Assembly: GCA_965655095.1 (NCBI GenBank) | Contig: CBFHFQ010000351.1 | Coordinates: 1-64,000, forward strand | Direction of reading: 5' to 3' | From: Haplodiscus bocki | Lineage: Eukaryota | DNA: 64,000 bases | Shown: positions 24,401 through 36,970 of the stretch, piece after piece | Layout: every line of letters starts with the position of its first letter | Numbering within the stretch: position 1 is the first letter of the stretch | The notes under the pieces: model-generated | The model's input: only the letters and a program-made list of their open reading frames with translations | The model's database searches: none | What the model was told of the DNA's origin: nothing | Made by a program: the position numbers and the translations under genes

Positions 24401-27400
24401 CAGGTTTTGTTTCTCGAAAACGCTTTCTAATTGTGTAACATTTCAAGGGATAATTATAATTATAACTAAACAGACAATTTCCTCCTTTTTATCTAAAAAG
24501 GTAACTTTGCTATTGTTTTTAGTGAAAGTTTGTTTCAGGTGTACATTCAGTGATAGTATTTTTGTTTTCGTTGCAAATACAGTGTTTACGTTCACTTTTC
24601 TTTTAGATTACGTCAAACTAAAGGTATTTCGCTTCTTCGTTTTTCCATTTTTCACTGCAAAAGTCCTTACATTCATCGTAATTTTAAACTAACCCAGCAA
24701 AAACTCTGCAGATGTTTTCTACGTCTTTTAAAGTTTGCTTAAAGAAAATAAATATATTGCTGTTGTTTCTTTTTGTTGTTTTTGATAGTTTGAATTTTGA
24801 TTAGAAAAAAATTATCACACTTTTAAATCCTTATGTCTCTATATTGTATGAAATGGATAAATTGTTTTTTGGTTTTTTTCTAACATATCCTCAAAAAATT
24901 TAACACCACCTTCATTTTCACCTATTTCTTGATTTTGATCTTCAATTTTATAATATGTGCGATACTGCTCAGGAGGGTTTGTACAAAAAAACTTCTCTAT
25001 CAACGACTTTATCTAATTTTTTCTTTATCAGATAAGTTTTATCTGAAAATGATGGCCCTACAATTTAGGTTTGATTCTTTCTAACACATTTCTACTTGTA
25101 GTTGCCAGATTGAACCACATTTTCATATTTCTGTTTTGGTAACCGTTTTTGACTGAATGACTTTTCACAAAAGTGGCATTTGTTTTTTTTCTCGGAACAA
25201 ACACTTTTTCTTACTATAGAACTTACCAGATTCTAATTTTCTTTTACACCTTTTACAGAAAAAGATAATCATACATATGGAAATAGAAAAATGTTTACTT
25301 TGCTGATATATTCTCGGAAACTTCACGAAACCCTTCTTGGAAAAATTTCTCGGAAATCAACTTCTATTTGTATAAAATTGGAGTTCCTTTTGGTTGTTCG
25401 TTAACAAAATTTATGTTTAGTACTTTACAATCGGTGTAGCCGACTTTTCTCAAAAGAATCAATCTAATTCTCGGAAATGTTTTTAGTAGAAACGTTAAAT
25501 AACGCCTCATATTCTATTTTGTCAAATGCATTGTCTTGTAGGCATTTCCTATAAAGTAAAAAGAATTAGTCGTCTGTTGTGCTTTTTCATAATGCTTTTT
25601 GTATTTATTCAATTTTTTTTAAAAAATCAACTCAAGAATTACTTATTCAGTTGAAGTTAAAGCACAAGCATCACCAGAGGAAATTGGTATCACAATTAGT
25701 ACAAGACCAGTGTTCGAGACAATAGGTACAGTATAGTTCTGTATGTATACAGAAGAGAAGTTCATTGGATTGACAGTGGAAGATGATCAAGATGAAATTG
25801 CAGGGAGATTTTGCTGCATGTTAGGTGCAGTATGTGGCTGATATAACGTTCAACATGGGTTTGCAGTGGCGTTTAACTTAGTATTTGCTTGAAACGGATT
25901 ATTGTTGGTACTGCTTAATGACAAAGTTTCAGTAATAATCAACGGAGCCAGAGAAGACATTGACAGAATAGGAACAGTTGTAGTTTTTGTATTTAGGATA
26001 AATATTCGATCATTTGATCTCTTCGGTTGTGTTGCTACAGTTTGGTTTTTTTGAATTTGATTAATATAATGAGTAAATGAAATATACATTGTTATATTCC
26101 TTTCGGTTTATTTATATTGAGGAAATGGTAAATTTGCAGTGTTGTGAATGTGAAATTGATAACAAGTTACACCAGAAAAATTATCTTGAGCTGTAAACTT
26201 TTCAGATGTGTTTGGTTCATTATGAATATCAGAATTGCTTCGAGCGATTCTTGTGAGAATTGGTGATTTTGATTCAAAGAACGTGTAGACAGTTGTAGAT
26301 TTCAAAAGACCACTTTTTTTGTGAAAATCTTCCAACTCTTCTTAGAAATAAAGCTTCTACTCTGCAATGTACCTTTTTCTCCATTCATTAAAAAACCAAA
26401 CCAATTACCGTTGGAATCATCATACAGTCGATTATGACTTACATTTTCTGATTTGATGAAGTTAGCTAATGTTTATATTAAATATCGATCAATTGTCCCA
26501 TTTCTTTCATCATTACTGAAACCATTACATAGACATTTGAATCCTAAATTTCCTCAACTTCTTTTGTTGCTGATTGGCTTTCTTCAGGTAGCTTTTGATT
26601 TTTGTCTTCCAAAGCTTTAGTGGTTGACTCAAAAAATTCTGTGAATCATAAATATAATCCTATTTACCCAATTTTTCTTGTAAACTTTTATCATTTACTT
26701 GCGATTGTACTTCTTCTAAGTTTCTTACCGTCTTCTAGAGTATCTTTGCTTTTGATTGAACATAACATCTTAATTTTATTCGTAAACAGGTTTTGTTTCT
26801 CGAAAACGCTTTCTAATTGTGTAACATTTCAAGGGATAATTATAATTATAACTAAACAGACAATTTCCTCCTTTTTATCTAAAAATGTAACTTTGCTATT
26901 GTTTTTAGTGAAAGTTTGTTTCAGGTGTACATTCAGTGATAGTATTTTTGTTTTCGTTGCAAATACAGTGTTTACGTTCATTTTTTTTAGATTACGTCAA
27001 ACTAAAGTATTTGGCTTCTTCGTTTTTCCATTCTTCGCTGCAAAAGTCCTTACATTCATCGTAATTTTAAACTAACCCAGCAAAAACTCTGCAGATGTTT
27101 TCTACGTCTTTTAAAGTTTGCTTAAAGAAAATAAATATATTGCTGTTGTTTCTTTTTGTTGTTTTTGATAGTTTGAATTTTGATTAGAAAAAAATTATCA
27201 CACTTTTAAATCCTTATGTCTCTATATTGTATGAAATGGATAAATTGTTTTTTGGTTTTTTTCTAACATATCCTCAAAAAATTTAACACGACCTTCATTT
27301 TCACCTATTTCTTGATTTTGATCTTCAATTTTATAATATGTGCGATACTGCTCAGGAGGTTTTCGTACAAAAAAACTTCTCTATCAACGACTTTATCTAA

Positions 27401-28046
27401 TTTTTTCTTTATCAGATAAGTTTTATCTGAAAATGATGGCCCTACACTTTAGGTTTGATTCCGATTTAGGTTTTGGTAACCGTTTTTGACTGAATGACTT
27501 TTCACAAAAGTGGCATTTGTTTTTTTTCTCGGAACAAACACTTTTTCTTACTATAGAACTTACCAGATTCTAATTTTCTTTTACACCTTTTACAGAAAAA
27601 GATAATCATACATATGGAAATAGAAAAATGTTTACTTTGCTGATATATTCTCGGAAACTTCACGAAACCCTTCTTGGAAAAATTTCTCGGAAATCAACTT
27701 CTATTTGTATAAAATTGGAGTTCCTTTTGGTTGTTCGTTAACAAAATTTATGTTTAGTACTTTACAATCGGTGTAGCCGACTTTTCTCAAAAGAATCAAT
27801 CTAATTCTCGGAAATGTTTTTAGTAGAAACGTTAAATAACGCCTCATATTCTATTTTGTCAAATGCATTGTCTTGTAGGCATTTCCTATAAAGTAAAAAG
27901 AATTAGTCGTCTGTTGTGCTTTTTCATAATGCTTTTTGTATTTATTCAATTTTTTTAAAAATCAACTCAAGAATTACTTATTCAGTTGAAGTTAAAGCAC
28001 AAGCATCACCAGACGAAATTGGTATCACAATCAGTACAAGACCAGT
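20939..28046. repeat. Tandem triplication of a ~2.39-kb unit
   Basis: Units start with TCGAGACAATAGG at 20939, 23327 and 25714. The units are near-identical; unit 3 is ~50 bp shorter (deletion near 27460). Confidence 0.95.
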
Positions 28047-28619
28047 AAGTGGTAATGCTACAGATTTTGAAGATGTAGCAAAAATATCAAAAGCATTAAA
28101 GAAAGGTTTCTAATATAGATAATACTTCATGTTTATCGTATTTCCTTTCCATTTACGAATTTCATACTCAAAATATGATATCATTCCTTTAAATTTATAC
28201 AAATTTAAATCTATACAAAGTCTCCAACAGACGATCCTTTACCAGTGTGATAAAAATTGATTACATCTGGAACTGAAGATGAAACTGCCTTAGGATTTTT
28301 AGATACAACTGCACTACCAATTTTCGCCCACGCCACCAAAACTCCAGCAGGATTTCTAGATACATTTGTAGCCTATTTCTTTCGTTTTTTTTAAAACGTC
28401 TTCCTAAGTTTCTGAAAAAAATTCCTATTATTTCTGTTTGTATTATATTCTCACTAACCAACATTGATTTCTTTCTATTACGATTATCACTTTTACCAAA
28501 CAGCATTTTTCGACCAGTTTTAGTTACTTCAGCTTCTATATTTTTTGTACTACAATAAGGCCGTTCACCAGGACAATATGAATTAATTTTGAATTTTGTG
28601 CCAGAGGTTCTTTAGAAAG

Positions 28620-29700
28620 ACATCAATGCTAATATATATTTTCATCAAAGTAATTTCGAATATCATAGTTTCACCATCGAAGTCAACTTTGACTTTATGT
28701 TGATCTTCCAAATAAAAAACAAAACCAATTGATACAGCTTCGTTTATTTTTTATGTTGCATTGTTTCTGACTCATAGAAAATTCTGGAACCAGGAGGCTG
28801 GTTTACACCAAAGCTAAAAATTTTGTTCTTCTAACACCATCTAAAAATGATCCATCTGTGCAATCACACAATAAAGGTTTTTATCTTTTGGCAATATGTC
28901 TATAAATTCTTCACTAATAAATTCTTCATTTGGTTTAGATTCCTAATTCGGAGCCAGTCCCAATATTACGTGAAAAAAAATTTTCATTGAAAGGTAAGTT
29001 GTTATTCAATTTCAACATTGCATCCATTGTTATACTATCTGCTTCAATTGTGATAAAACTAGTTTGAAATGAAATTTTAATCCCTGATAGTTCATACACA
29101 CCTGGTGGTGCCTCATAAATAATGGAATCAGAAAGATAGTTTTCCAGGAAAAAAATGTCTTCCTCCGGTACTCTAATTAGAATCAAGAGACTATCGAATT
29201 TTTGTAGTATGCATTGTTTTTAATCCTCAATTACTTCATTGTAATCGTTTTTATCTGAAATCATGACTCATATTTCTTCGAATTTTACTTCCGACATCAT
29301 TCATAACATTTTCTAGATACAACCTATTTTCTCTCAATCTATTGATAACAGCTGGTATCAATCTTTCATCTTCACCAAATTAAAGTCGACATTTCCTTCA
29401 TCCTCGTCTTCAAAAGGCATAGTTTCAATCCATTGACCTTTTTCTTCCATATCACCATCAAAAAAGAGATTAAAGGTATTATACACTTCGATTTCTTGGA
29501 AACAGAAATATTTTTTTCACAACTAGTTAACCTTAACATCAAATCATCTTCTAATTCCAAACGAGTGTCCATGGAAAAAGCTTCCGATGGTTGTGTCCTT
29601 TTATAGTTCAATGATTCTATTGGTTTTGTTTTTGTTTGTTTATTCAGTAAATCAGTGTTTTTTGTAAATAAAAGAAATATTTCTTCTGCCATATTATTCG
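28620..29700 (-). pseudogene. Minor capsid (penton-like) remnant, copy 1
   Basis: APPGVYEL (~29100); CDCTDGSFLDGVR...PPGSRIFYE...FYLEDQHKVKVDFDGETM (DFDGETM at 28664-28684). Confidence 0.6.
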
Positions 29701-29749
29701 GGGTAAATCTATGTATATCTATTTCAAATATATAATTTCTTTTTATCAA

Positions 29750-30600
29750 TTACACAGTGAATTGCATAGTTTCACCATTAAAGTCATCCTTAACAATCTT
29801 ATCAAACTCCAAGTAAAATGTTATTTCATTTAAGTGAGGCTTGTCTATTTTGTGTAATCTTTATTTCTTGGAAAGTTGATTATTCCGTATCCAGGTGGTT
29901 TATTTAATGAGAAACTAAGCACAATTTGCTCTAAAAAACCGTTCAAAAGACTTCACTTAAAGCAAATACATTTTGAGTGCATTCTCTTTTTTCCAGCAGT
30001 TATAGGACATTTAAAAATCTTAGAGGTTCAATCATTGTATGAACTTCTGATAAACCCAATTACTGAATTAAAAAATGATTTTTCGTTAAATATTTTTTCT
30101 TTGTATTTTGTTTTTTGTGTTGTTAGGACTGTTCTCATTGTAATATCAAAAATTGTGATATCAACCAATATATTTGATGGTTAAATTATTATCAAAGTAT
30201 TGTTGAAATCTGCTACTTCATAAACACCTGGTGATAATGTAAGAAAAACCTCCGTAGACCTAATATATTTTATTCTTTTTATTGATATTATTTCATCAAA
30301 CGTCAAATTCAATCCAATTGTCATATCATAGATTCCGAATAAACAGCTCCATATGTCTCTTCATTGAACTTTTGATTTATAACTTCTCTATGTACTTCAT
30401 AGTCAAGAACTGATAAAGTATAGCAATAATCTTCCACCCATTTTCTATACTTTTTTCAATTCCTCTACTTTTAAATTGCGTTGTGAAAACGATCAATCCT
30501 GTTGTTTTCACGAGGTTGAAAATTTCATTTTTTTTGAATAGTTTTAGCAAGCTCATAACAACCGGGGATCTAAAACGAAACACTATCGTTTTGTTCACTT
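29750..30600 (-). pseudogene. Minor capsid (penton-like) remnant, copy 2
   Basis: LSPGVYEVADFNNTL (~30195-30240); LSFSLNKPPGYG...EITFYLEFDKIVKDDFNGETMQF (DFNGETM at 29765-29785). Confidence 0.6.
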
Positions 30601-30989
30601 ATATTAGAAACAGAGTTAAAAACTTTTAAATTATTCCAAATGCCAAATACCCTCTATGTTTCCATAACATTTACTTAAATTGAAATCCAAGATTTCTCAA
30701 GGGTTTCTTTTCGTTTGTTCAATGAGTGTGTTAGTATTTTTTCAGTCAAAAGTAATACCTTTTCTGATTTTTTTGAAAACATTCAAAAACATTAAATCTT
30801 TTACCAGACACGTTCTTTGTAAAAGTTTTTGTTGTGTTCGCGTAGCCATAGGTCAGCTTTGTTTTTCGTGTATAGATGCGTTTGATTTCGTTTTCACTTG
30901 TGATGATATCAGTTGGTGATATACCTGGTTTTTCAATGACAGATCTCTCACTGTTACCAATTTTCATTTTTTTCAGTGTCATTATTTAT

Positions 30990-31330
30990 TATAATATAAA
31001 TGTAATACAGCGATTATAAAATATATTTACATTTTCCTAGTTAGGTAAAGAATTTATATAAGCAATAGGCAGCACAGTATTTATCTCTTTCTTGAATTTT
31101 GGACTCCAAAATTACATTTTTTATTTCTTTTAATGATAAAAGCAGGTAAAATCTTTGGTAGTGGGAATCAATAGAAGTCAAAATAGAATTCATTTGTAAA
31201 TAATGGCCAATGTGTGCCCTTGTTGGGTGTATATTTAAACTTCAATCTCTTGCTGTGAATTGAGAAACTCTCATGTATATAATAGTATGTATATTCAATT
31301 TTTTTAGTACCTAAATTTTTTTATATTCGT
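30990..31330 (-). pseudogene. Adenain-like cysteine protease remnant, copy 2
   Basis: GTHWPLFTNEFYFDFY...FIIKRNK...KIQERDKYCAAYCLY. GTHW at 31207-31218; catalytic-type Q..C region near 31062-31100. Confidence 0.75.
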
Positions 31331-33093
31331 TCTAGCTCCATTTTTCAATTTTTTTTTAACAAATTCATTCAAAAATAATCTCATTATTGTTTCCTACCTC
31401 TAATTCTCCTCTTCGTATATCATTAAAAGTAACATAATTGTTAAAGATTTCACCTTTGTTATCAAAATTATCAAATGGACCCGCATCATAAAAAACTTGT
31501 ATTGTAGCTTTAACAGAATTTTTCACAAGATAATTTTATTCCAAATGTAAATTTTTCAAAGACGTACCAAAAGCTTTCAAAAATGCTTCTACACTTTCAT
31601 TTAATGAAATCTTTGCTTACCTCAATTGTTTAACCTCCTTTATTTTTTTTCTTTTTCAAAGTCCCTTATAATATTTTCTCGAAAATTTCTTCTACTATTT
31701 GTTTTTTAAATTGTTTTGACAATGCATATAATGAAACATCAACTTTCTCAATGTTTCTATCTTGTCGTTTTTCTTTTCAAGATACATTGAAAAAATTCAC
31801 TTCCGCCAAATTTCGTATAGCTCATAAAACTCATTCATGAATGGTGCTCTGTACCAAAATAGAACAGCAATTAGAGAAATACGACAAATTTCTATTTACA
31901 TACGAAAATCAAAAAAAATGTGAACAAGTACTTTCAGTTAAAATTGCTGCTCGTTTAGTGAAAAATTTGTTTGCGTTTTTTGAGAGTTTTACATAATAAT
32001 TTTTTAAATTTATCTGTATTATCCAAAATTTCAGTTATATTTACTTGTTACATTCCCTGTTGAATTTGTTCGTCTTAACTTTTAATTTAATAGCTGAAAA
32101 CTTAATTTGTTGTCTTTAAGTTCAACTTCTTTATCCATAACTTCAATGGTCTCACCCATTATTTCTATTGCTTGTTCATAATTTCCCCTGTAAGGTTATG
32201 CCTTTAGCTCTATTTGAGATTGAGACCTATATGATTGATTTATTTATTCAATAACCTTTAGTACTATTTCTTGTCGTGTTTTTGGATTGTTTTTTTTCGA
32301 TTCTACGAAGTCACTCAATTAGTTAATATTAAAAGCTTAATCAATTAAATATTTTCCAGAAAGAATAATAATCTCACTTTTTTACTGCCTTTAAATCCAG
32401 TGTTCACAGAAGACTCCTGGGTGTTCATATTTCTTCTGTTGGATCTCTTTCTGTTATAAGGACTAGACATGTTTATTTGATCTCTATATCTTTTAATTGT
32501 ACAAACTGCATAACCTAAGTATTGTGCTATCTGTTTTTGGGTTTATTTCGAATTGTCAGGTTTTATCTCAGAAAAGCGAGACAATATTTCTGGTTTATTT
32601 TGTCGTAGTATCAAGTTAGCGTCAAGATTTCCTGTTTTTGATTTTTGTTCCAAAAGAAAAGTAGCTGCTCTGAACTTAACGGAGCTCATTTAGCATGTTA
32701 AAGAAAACTACAAACTAGATATATTTTGAATAAAAAAATGAAAACGCATGTAATTCAACATAACTATTGTAGTCGTTAGCTGCTAACTCTTGATTATGAT
32801 GTAAAAATTTAAAAATATGAAACAAAAAACCTTAAAGAACCGTTTGTTAACTTAAAACGTACAAAAATGTTTGAAAAAAAAACCAAAGTCGTGAAATGAC
32901 AGAAGCATTATGTGCTCATGAAGATCCTGGTTCCGATGGAAGTGCAATTTTGCTTAATTCAGAGTCGCATAATATTCTAAAGCTAAATAAATGCATATTT
33001 CAGGATATGGTATTCATACTTTCACCAAAAAAGAAATATTTTCAAATAACATATCTAATACGGGTAACAGTTTGATATCGTATCCAATAGCTA

Positions 33094-33500
33094 TTGGAGA
33101 CAGCAGTACATTTTTCCTATACGATCTTTTTGATTTTATTAAAAACAAAAAGAATTGAGAAAGGCACCTGGTTATTTTCAACCATTGGTTCTTTTGAACC
33201 TTATGATGACCATGTATCAAAATGTGGAATAACTTCTCTTATGAAAATACGGAATGAAAAAATACATTCATATTATGCAGCAGATGATAATGGTGACAAC
33301 ATTCCCGAGGAGAATTCAGACAGTGAAATTGAAGAGGAAAATTGTAATAAAACGATTGAAATAGTGAAAAATTTCAATGAGAAATGTGTCAAATTTTTGG
33401 AGCAGCCAAGTGTGTATGCCTTTCGTCAAAGTGGTAAGCAATATTTATAAGAGAGTTGTTACAGTTCACTTGGTCGGAAACTGAAAAGTGTTTTTTGCAA
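33094..33500 (+). pseudogene. Acidic protein with a decayed C-terminal RING finger
   Basis: ...EKCVKFLEQPSVYAFRQSGKQYL*ESCY...SVFC fits an eroded CxxC...CGHxCxCxxC...CxxC RING pattern. Confidence 0.45.
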
Positions 33501-33988
33501 GAGAAAGAATTTTTCATAAATAAAAAACTTCTATGAAATTGCCTTTGCCAAAATATTTATAAAATTAAAATTGAATGGTTTTTTGATATATGGAAAAGAT
33601 GATATTATATTCAACAGAAACCATAGAGTTTAAACAACGGGAGAAAAACTAACTATTAATCAGAAAATTAAGGAAATAAATCCAAACTTCATTGATATAA
33701 TATAGAAATTATTTTGTGGAAAAACGTGTTGATAAAAATTTTATGAATTGTTTATTTTGCAGTTTTTCCAATTAAAATGTAGTTAGTCGTTCTTGTATGC
33801 CTTCTAATGTTTTATCTAAGGGATATATTGCAGAAATCAATAGATTTGATTAGAAAACTTTTTGTATGGGTACATTTTCTGATACTTATGTTGATAAAGA
33901 ACATAGGCAAACCCATCAAAGTACACAAGGTCAATATGGAAATGCTAAAACTCACTTAGGTTTTTGTGTTAATTTCGTGATTTTTTCT

Positions 33989-34188
33989 NNNNNNNNNNNN
34001 NNNNNNNNNNNNNNNNNNNNNNNNNNNNNNNNNNNNNNNNNNNNNNNNNNNNNNNNNNNNNNNNNNNNNNNNNNNNNNNNNNNNNNNNNNNNNNNNNNNN
34101 NNNNNNNNNNNNNNNNNNNNNNNNNNNNNNNNNNNNNNNNNNNNNNNNNNNNNNNNNNNNNNNNNNNNNNNNNNNNNNNNNNNNNNNN
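33989..34188. other. Assembly gap (200 N)
   Basis: Run of N. Confidence 1.
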
Positions 34189-34199
34189 ACAATTCATTC

Positions 34200-36100
34200 T
34201 TTCATCTGAGAATATTCTGTCAAACAATCATTAGTGAAAAGTCCGGTAACATTCAGAACCTAAAAGTTACTTTTTGACAAATATGGAATACCAGCTATAA
34301 AAAAGTTTCGGACGGAATAGAATACGCAGAGATGTTCAACTGCAACTTTTCAAAATTTCCATGCTCCAATTTCTAAACGACTTCCCACACTCACCCTTAA
34401 TCACTGTTTTAGTTTCCCAACAGGACCGTTGAGATTTGATTGGACGTTTCGTTGAGAAGAGTCAAGTGCTCTTGAACAATTAACCTCTCCATGAAGCTGG
34501 AGTTTGTTTTGTTTCAAGTAACAAATTACCAAGTACCGCTCAAACATTTTTCACCCTAGTATTATACCAAGTAAACTTTGTTAGCTTGAGCGTCCAGACT
34601 CTGCTTCTTGGACCGGTAAGAACACAAAATGTACTACTTTCAAGTTATGTGGTGCAAGTTGGTCGGCTTGATATCTATGTATAGAAGCAGTATCTTTTCC
34701 CAGTTTAAAGTCTAACTTTTTCAAATACTTCGTGACGATGTGGTCAATCCACGCTTTTCTCGCTGTACGTTTTTAGTATCTTGCTTCGAAACGGAGCTGG
34801 TTTTTCTTACATGTTTGATACCTGTGAATCAGTTTTCCAAAACATTTGGAAGGCATTAGTCTGGAAAAGTTGATTTTATGGTAAAGATTTGACCTTTATG
34901 CCCATATATGTACATTTAGGTAAAAGGTTGTCGGTTTGTAATCCAACCAAAACTTTAATCGATTGAGTATCAATTCAAAGACAATGTTAAAATGAAGATG
35001 GCTGTTTTTAAGCTACAAATAGGGTTCACTTTCGAATCAAGGTACTCCGAGTTGTTTCTGTTCATTCCAGCAGATCAATATGGATTTTTATCTAAGTTCT
35101 GATTACTTTTGCGTTGTAACCCACACTCCAAAGAAACTGATTTTTATCTAGCTTTCGCTACCAGATTTTACTCATTGCAAAAAATTGTGAAAACTAGTTG
35201 TCTGACAGGATGAATGACGCTCAGTTCAAGTATCAGTGTGTGAATTGTCTCTGCAACGTGTTCATATTCAGTTTCATTGGGAGGGTATGTGCAACAAAAG
35301 AACAATTTTTGGATGTCGTGTTGAAAGTTGTTGAAATCAACCAACACTTCAATGGAACTGAATGAATGCCAAGTGTTGCTGGGAAGACTATGTAGGAAAC
35401 ATTTCAGGAGACAGAGACAGATATGTTCAAAATTGAAAGAAGACAAACGTAAAGAAAGCAGGAGCGATGGAGTTGTTGAAAGTTATTGCAGTCATCAAGA
35501 AAAGTCAGCATCCTGCTGATTTGTTGGGATCAATTGATATTTTCTCTGGGGACTTGGTAACTTTGAAGGTGCTTTTGTGTCACTTAGAAATATAAACTGA
35601 ATTTAGCTACTTTTTAAAACGCTCAAGTCACACTATTGACACAGTAAACACCTGTCTCAAATTTTTTTGTATGCTTGCTTGTCCTCATTTCCAGGATTTG
35701 GTTAGACAACCCGAAGAAAACATGGAAACACAATTTTTCTGTCAACATCCGCAAAATGGTTGTCGCATGTTATAGTAATGCACACTCTGTTGCAGTGCCT
35801 TGAAACTATTTTTGTTTGTTATATAGGTTACTTTCCGCCACAAAACACTGCTTAATGGTCTTGCTGTAACGCAAAACCATGTTTTTGTAGTTACTCAATC
35901 AGAAGCAACTAAAACCAATTCCCAACAAAAATTGATGATCATGTTAAAGTGAGAATAATCATGATAAACTTTATGCAAATTGGAAAAAACTGCCAGCTAC
36001 GTGATATATATGTCTGACTGTACGATTGGAATCAGCAACACTCATACAGTCACTTTTGGTAGTCGAAAATTGTTTTTCTCACGGTTTACTGGTAAGTTGC
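34200..36100 (-). pseudogene. Possible protein-primed DNA polymerase B (Polinton) remnant, extremely decayed
   Basis: Collinear weak motif echoes on the minus strand: TKTW...SNL (~35850), YPPNETEYEHV (~35270), LVFTI..AMSKIW, and a motif-A-like region near 34850-34900. Recognised by eye only. Confidence 0.35.
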
Positions 36101-36830
36101 ATTGACCATGTGATGTTTTTGATTGTTTAGGCCGAGTATATTGACCAGGATTGATGACAGTGAAGATCGGAACAAGAGTTGCGACAGTGAACATTGGGTT
36201 TTCTACTTCAATACTTCAAACAATCCGCCTTTATATGAGAGTAATGGCTTAGAGTACACGAAAATGTCAATAAAACTCTATCATTGTACATTAGAGCGAA
36301 ATAAAAGCCCATGACTGTACATTATCAAACGTCTTTGGTTGTTTCAATACATTGCGCCGACCGGAAACAACTCCCAAAGCTGGACTCGCTAGCAAAATGT
36401 GAGAGTAAGACGTTGCACACATGTATTAACCTAGGGTTTGAGTATCTGCAGGCATGAAATATAAGCACACGCGAGACAAAGTATCCTAGTTAAGGTCTGG
36501 TATATTGTGAATTTGCAGGTTTTAAAATTTTTTGGTTTTAATTTGTACTCTGTAAGTAACTTTTTTGAACTTCAATTCAATCTTTTTGCATTGCATTAAT
36601 TTACGACAGTATAATCAGGTGCAAAAGAAAGTGATTAAAAGCTCGTGTGGTATTTCTTTTTATATCTGGACTTTCTTTTTTTGGTCTTTCTGTATTTGGT
36701 ATTTTGTAATGGCTAACACTTGCTACCTTTTTTTCGCCATTATTTCTTTTGCGTTGCTACAGTTAAATTGCTACATTTTTTCTTTTATTGCAGTTTTTCC
36801 AGGTAAACTAATATTCCGCAGGTGTCACCC

Positions 36831-36970
36831 AACTATACCCTGTCTTAAAACATTGCGGAACTATACCCTATCTTACTACTCTGCCGAACTATTCCCTTTC
36901 TTAAGACATTGCCGAACTATACCTTATCTTAATACATTGTCGAAATGTACCCCATCTTAATACATTGCTC
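36831..36970. repeat. 28-bp tandem repeat x5 (consensus AACTATACCCTATCTTAATACATTGCCG)
   Basis: Direct observation; a further unit near 37205-37232. Confidence 0.9.

Larger units (their letters stand above)
21530..33988 (-). mobile_element. Decayed AT-rich Polinton/adintovirus-like block
   Basis: Contains two penton-like remnants, a protease remnant, a RING remnant and other broken ORFs. Confidence 0.65.

Noticed and set aside
33866-34234. ORFs spanning the first gap
   Set aside because: Artefacts of N runs.
36831-36970. 28-bp repeats as a CRISPR array
   Set aside because: The units are head to tail with no spacers.
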